A stretch of 63,902 nucleotides of DNA, counting the filler, from Olpidium bornovanus S191 (lineage: Eukaryota; Fungi; Olpidiomycota), in the NCBI GenBank assembly GCA_017911155.1. It is 31 parts of 31 records of this genome, joined end to end, with 100 filler letters (N's around TTAATTAATTAA, not from the genome) between each part and the next. Parts side by side here need not be neighbours in the genome. Positions count along the whole stretch, not along the records: positions 58,905 to 61,513 come from JAEFCI010008777.1; positions 61,614 to 62,671 come from JAEFCI010000138.1; positions 62,772 to 63,902 come from JAEFCI010011551.1; 28 more parts are not named here. One strand, given 5' to 3'. The translations under genes and the position numbers were made by a program. Shown here one piece after another: positions 59,725 to 63,902 of the stretch. Numbering within the stretch: the stretch's first letter is position 1; each line of letters begins with the position of its first letter. The notes under the pieces are model-generated. The model was given only the letters and a program-made list of their open reading frames with translations, made no database searches and was not told the DNA's origin.

Positions 59725-60174
59725 GGTTGGTCACGTGACTGCCGAGCAACGAAATTCCCGCGTGCGCAAGTTTCCGTTTCCCCCTTTCCCCCCCCCCATC
59801 AACTCCGACCGACCTTTGAGTAACCAACCCACGAGTTATACAGCAACACCCCCGGGCGGCTTCCCCCCCCCCTCTCCACCCGCGCATGCAGCGGACGGGA
59901 GACGCCGCCGCTTCGCGAACACGCACGCTGCACCCCTCTGCTGCTGCCGCCGCTGCTGGACCGGACTGCCCGCCGCGGCTTTTCTCTCCCGGCTCGCCCT
60001 TGCCGTGCTAAGACAGCATGGTGCCGGCAGAGCTGAAGGTGTGCGGGAGCGTGCGGCGACCGAAAAGGGGTGGGGGGGAAGGGTGGTCCGCTGCGGGAGG
60101 GGGGAGGCGGGGGGAGGGGTGGGAGGGGGGGTCACCTTTGCCGGAATGCGGGAGGGCCGGCCGGGTGGATAAAA

Positions 60175-61513
60175 ATGGAGATCCTTGCGCGCTACGAGGG
60201 GGCCGGCGAAACCGGCCTGGGGTGCCAGAAACCCACGGACGCGGCGCCCGTGAACATGCCCGACTTGCTGACGCCCCGTTTGCTCGTCCCGCCTGCCTCC
60301 CGCTTGCGCGTTTACCAGGTCGTGGACCTGCGTGCAGAACTCCAAAAGCGCGGCCTCTCGACGCGGGGCCTCAAGTCGGAGCTCGTGGACCGGCTGGACC
60401 AGGCGCTAGCGGAGGAGCGGACGCAGGTTGGCGGCGCCGAGGAACCTGCCTCGGAGCAGCAGCAACGGCATCTGGACGTTGGACGCCGGGAGGAAGAGGA
60501 GGAGGAGGCTCGCGAAGGCCAAGACCACCGTGGCGACGGGCAGGGCTCGGCGAACGCGCCCGGGGAGTCCGAGCCCCACGCGGGCTTCTACGACGACCTC
60601 GAGCCGTCGCGGGGCGAGCCCTACGAGCACGACCGCGACCGCGACCGGCGCCGGCACCGCGCTGCCGCCGACGACCGCGGTAGAGACGACGGTTCCGGCG
60701 ACCTGCACATGGACGACCGCAGCTCTCACGAACGCCACCGCACCCGCAACGCGCGGGGGAGCGGTGACAGGCGGCACGAGGACGGGGAAGGCGTCGACCG
60801 CGAACGCGAGCGCGACGGACGGGAGCGAGAGGAGCGCAGGAGGCGTGACAGAGGCGCCGGCGGTCCGGAGTATCACGAAAAGAGGGCTCACGGGGCGGAC
60901 CGTCGCCGCGACGAGGCAGAAGAAATTTACAAGAAGAACCGAGGCCTGGTCGGCGGTTACGAGGTTGACCCGAGAGAGAGCGACCGCGGTGAGTGAATTC
61001 GAGCGCGAGTTGCCCGGGGAAACGGGCGAACGGGGGCGATTCTGCTCCTTTAGGAAAAGGCTTTTTTTTCCCGTCCTTTTGGCATCTCAGTCTCACGTGC
61101 GTTGTAATGCTTGTATTTGACCGCCATCTCCTGTGCCTTCGTCAGTTTCGGGTCGTGATCGCCGGTACGACAACCAAGCAGAAAATTTTTTGAACCAGTT
61201 CGGGGAGCACCCGCACGAGGATGAGGGTAATTTCTTTTGTCCACATTGGCTTCCTATTCCGCGAGATTTCTGCGCCTTTTGCGTGCCAATACCTCTCACG
61301 ATTGTTTTGCCGAATCCACTGGGCGGCCCTGTCTTTTTCTTTTGAAGGTCGCGACGACCGGTACGGTGAACATCGCAGCAGCCGCCGGGATAGGGACCGC
61401 GACCGCGACCGCGACCGAGACCGGGACCGCGAACGAGACCGGGACCGCGACCGCGACCGCGACCGCGACCGTGACCGCGAACGCCGGAGTCGCCATCGCG
61501 ATCACGACCATGA
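60175..61513 (+). CDS. SAP-domain protein with Arg/Asp dipeptide-rich regions (nuclear RNA-processing type); start and exon structure uncertain
   Basis: VVDLRAELQKRGLSTRGLKSELVDRLDQAL is a SAP motif; (RD)n repeat at ~61385-61480; donors at 60991 and 61226. Confidence 0.7.
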
Positions 61514-62889
61514 NNNNNNNNNNNNNNNNNNNNNNNNNNNNNNNNNNNNNNNNNNNNTTAATTAATTAANNNNNNNNNNNNNNNNNNNNNNNNNNNNNNN
61601 NNNNNNNNNNNNNCACCGTGCCGTTGACGTCGAAGGTGCTGTTGCTGTATTTGAACCGCACGTACGCGACGACGTTTTCGCTCCGGCGGTAACCCACGCG
61701 GCTGGGGTTCCGGTTGTCGGCGTTGATCGTCATGGCGCTCCCGTCGCCGAGGCCCAGGTCGCCGGCAAAATCGGCGGCGGGAGGTTACTTGAGTCCGGCG
61801 GTGCGTCGGCCGGAACACTTGGGTGGGATCCAGAGTGGGAGCGCACCGGAAAAAATCAGGCCTGTCGAACGCTCACCCGCGATTTGCATGCAGGGGCACG
61901 TGATCGGCGTCGGTCTCCCCAGCAAACTTGTTCAAGGAGGGACGATGGGACGCAAAACGCAACGTCGGACGTCGGTAAGAGAGAGGGCCCCTCCCCCATC
62001 CCTTCCCCCGCGTTATCCATCAGGCTGACCGCTGGGCTTTTATGGTGCCTGCCCGCCGCTAAAATGGCCGCAAAAAAAAAAAAAAAAATGGGGTTCACAA
62101 AAAAGGATTTTTTCGCCGAGACCCTTGGCGCCCTGGAAGACATCAGCTTCGCCCAGGACACCGTTTCCGTGCCCAGGACGGACGGCGAAGACCTCGACGC
62201 GTGCAGTACCGGGTCTGCGGCGGCCTACGATTCAGATTAGTGCGAAACCAACCCCGACGAGAGAATGGGGGGCGGACTGTAAATTTTGTCCGCACGGAAA
62301 ATTCTGCTAGCCTGTAACCATCCTCCCCCCCCCCTCACCTCCAAAAAAAACGTCGGAAAGAAAAAAAGGCGGAGGAGGGATGGGAAGGGAGGGCGGGAAA
62401 AAGGAAAAGGGATGCGGGCAGATTCGGCACGAGAGACAAAGCACAGGACATAAAAAAACGTGGAGGAGGCGCACGGGTAACAAAAGGGAAAAAAAATTGC
62501 AAAGCGGGAACGAAACATTTTTTCGTTTCCGGTGGTTTTTTTCCTTCTTTTTTTGCCCGCGTGAGGTGTGCGTGCGGATTACGAGGGAGATTGCCGCGCG
62601 GGGCTCAAAAACGCGCGCCGGGCGGCGGCGGACAGCCGGGGGGGGGGGGGGGGGGTTGGAAAAAGGGGGGGNNNNNNNNNNNNNNNNNNNNNNNNNNNNN
62701 NNNNNNNNNNNNNNNTTAATTAATTAANNNNNNNNNNNNNNNNNNNNNNNNNNNNNNNNNNNNNNNNNNNNCATGCTGCGCCCGCTCTTCTGCTGCCTTG
62801 CGTTTTCTCCAATCTGTCATACGAGAATTTCTTAAATCAAAATTGAAAGTCAATAAATTGAAATCAAAGAAAAACGGTAGCAAAGAATG

Positions 62890-63170
62890 AGCAAGCTAAT
62901 AACAAATTACCTGTGTAAACGGTCTGTAGGTGGCTGCCAGCATTTTCAAACTTCTATGGATATTCACGAGGCTGCTCCACTTCCTCAAGCCATTGGTCGA
63001 GAACTTCTTGATCGGGCACCATCTTATACTTGTTGTTATGAATTTCAGTGTCAACGACTACCCCCAACTCTTCTTCTGGTTCAGGTTGGTGTTGATCAGC
63101 ACGGCATTGACGCGCAATGGCTGCATTTTTTTTTGAAGTGCAGCTTTTTGTATTTTGGGTCTTGGCATTG
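62890..63170 (-). pseudogene. Possible degraded transposase N-terminal fragment
   Basis: MPRPKIQKAALQK, then after a frameshift ...EPEEELGVVVDTE...*KFENAGSHLQTVYTG; lower GC with stop and frameshift. Family assignment is a weak impression only. Confidence 0.25.
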
Positions 63171-63902
63171 AGTGTTGTTAACTGAGTGAATTTTAGTTTT
63201 TTGTTGTTTTGGGGTAAGGTGTGTGTGTGTGTGTTATGTTGGGGGGTGAAAAAAAAATTTTGTCTCGGGGGGGCGGTGTCGAGGAATATAACCCTCCCTT
63301 GAGGGGTGGCAAGAAGGCGGGATGGCTAGGGCCCTTGCTGCGAAGGAGGGCGGCGACTGCGGTGCGCGGGATGTACCTTCCTCCTCCGAATGACTCACGA
63401 CGCCCTCCTGCGTCCGTGCCTAACCAACCCCTTCGATAGACCCTTCGATGAGGGGTATGACGCGCTGCCCTCTTGCTTCTTTCCCGACTCCCCCTCCGCC
63501 GACACCTCCGCCTCGTCCCAAGGAGCGCGCCGACGCCGTTCGTAGGCGCCGCGGTCACAAGGCAGCCGAAGGTGGGTGGGTTCCTTCCGTTTGTTTATTA
63601 TTTCGCGAATGTGCGAGGGAGAAAAACGTGCAAGCTATTGTTTTTAAGTGGGGGTCCTATGTCAGGGCTGGCCCCCGCGGCTCGGCCGCGGGCAGCGAAA
63701 TCTTCCCCGACAACGGGGGATGCCTTTTTATACCCATTGGGTCCGGAGGGGCGGGCTGCCGTCCCCCCCCCCCCCCCCCCCCGCCCCCCCCTCCCCCCCT
63801 TCCCTCCCCTCCCCTCCCCCTCCAACCTCCCTCTGTGGCGTCATCGGCAAAAAGAAAGTAAGGGACAACACGCGCGCGGGGTTCCCGCTGTTCCGCCCTC
63901 CA

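Noticed and set aside
1-63902. Gene cluster or operon-like system spanning neighbouring genes
   Set aside because: The genes lie on separate contigs joined by artificial linkers, so no synteny can be inferred.
1-63902. rRNA or tRNA genes
   Set aside because: None recognised; the tRNA-iMet-complementary 12-mers are retroelement primer-binding sites, not tRNA genes.

Overview
This window is not one locus. It is 31 short contigs (about 1-4.3 kb) joined by 30 artificial 100-nt linkers (44 N + TTAATTAATTAA + 44 N, stops in all six frames), so adjacency across linkers has no biological meaning. The source is a GC-rich, intron-containing eukaryote. Fungal-type genes (FEX, SHO1, fungal MFS) together with an axonemal inner-arm dynein (DNAH10-like) indicate a flagellated (zoosporic) fungus. 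The fragmented assembly and long homopolymer runs remind me of Olpidium, but that is inference only. Recognisable, mostly partial genes: FEX fluoride channel, AGC kinase, O-fucosyltransferase-like protein, SHO1, an ABCG half-transporter with a degenerate ATPase domain, CLF1, DNAH10, an MFS protein, RPS5, GRP94, a CCX/NCLX exchanger, DCN1, YCS4, TAF5, a SAP-domain RD-rich protein, and a probably secreted protein built from duplicated exon+intron modules. LTR-retroelement debris is abundant: several Ty1/copia fragments with very short LTRs, plus a three-layer nested insertion. The middle element of that nest pairs a copia/Ty5-type half-tRNA-iMet primer-binding site with a Ty3/gypsy-type Gag; a similar PBS and leader recur on another contig. 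One contig is a non-coding mosaic of tandem repeats, including 64-bp hairpin units and a ~170-bp satellite. I found no rRNA, tRNA or CRISPR array. The best leads are the hybrid-looking retroelement, the degenerate ABCG, the exon-module protein, an apparent GG-AG intron in CLF1, and the hairpin array. All are hypotheses without database confirmation.
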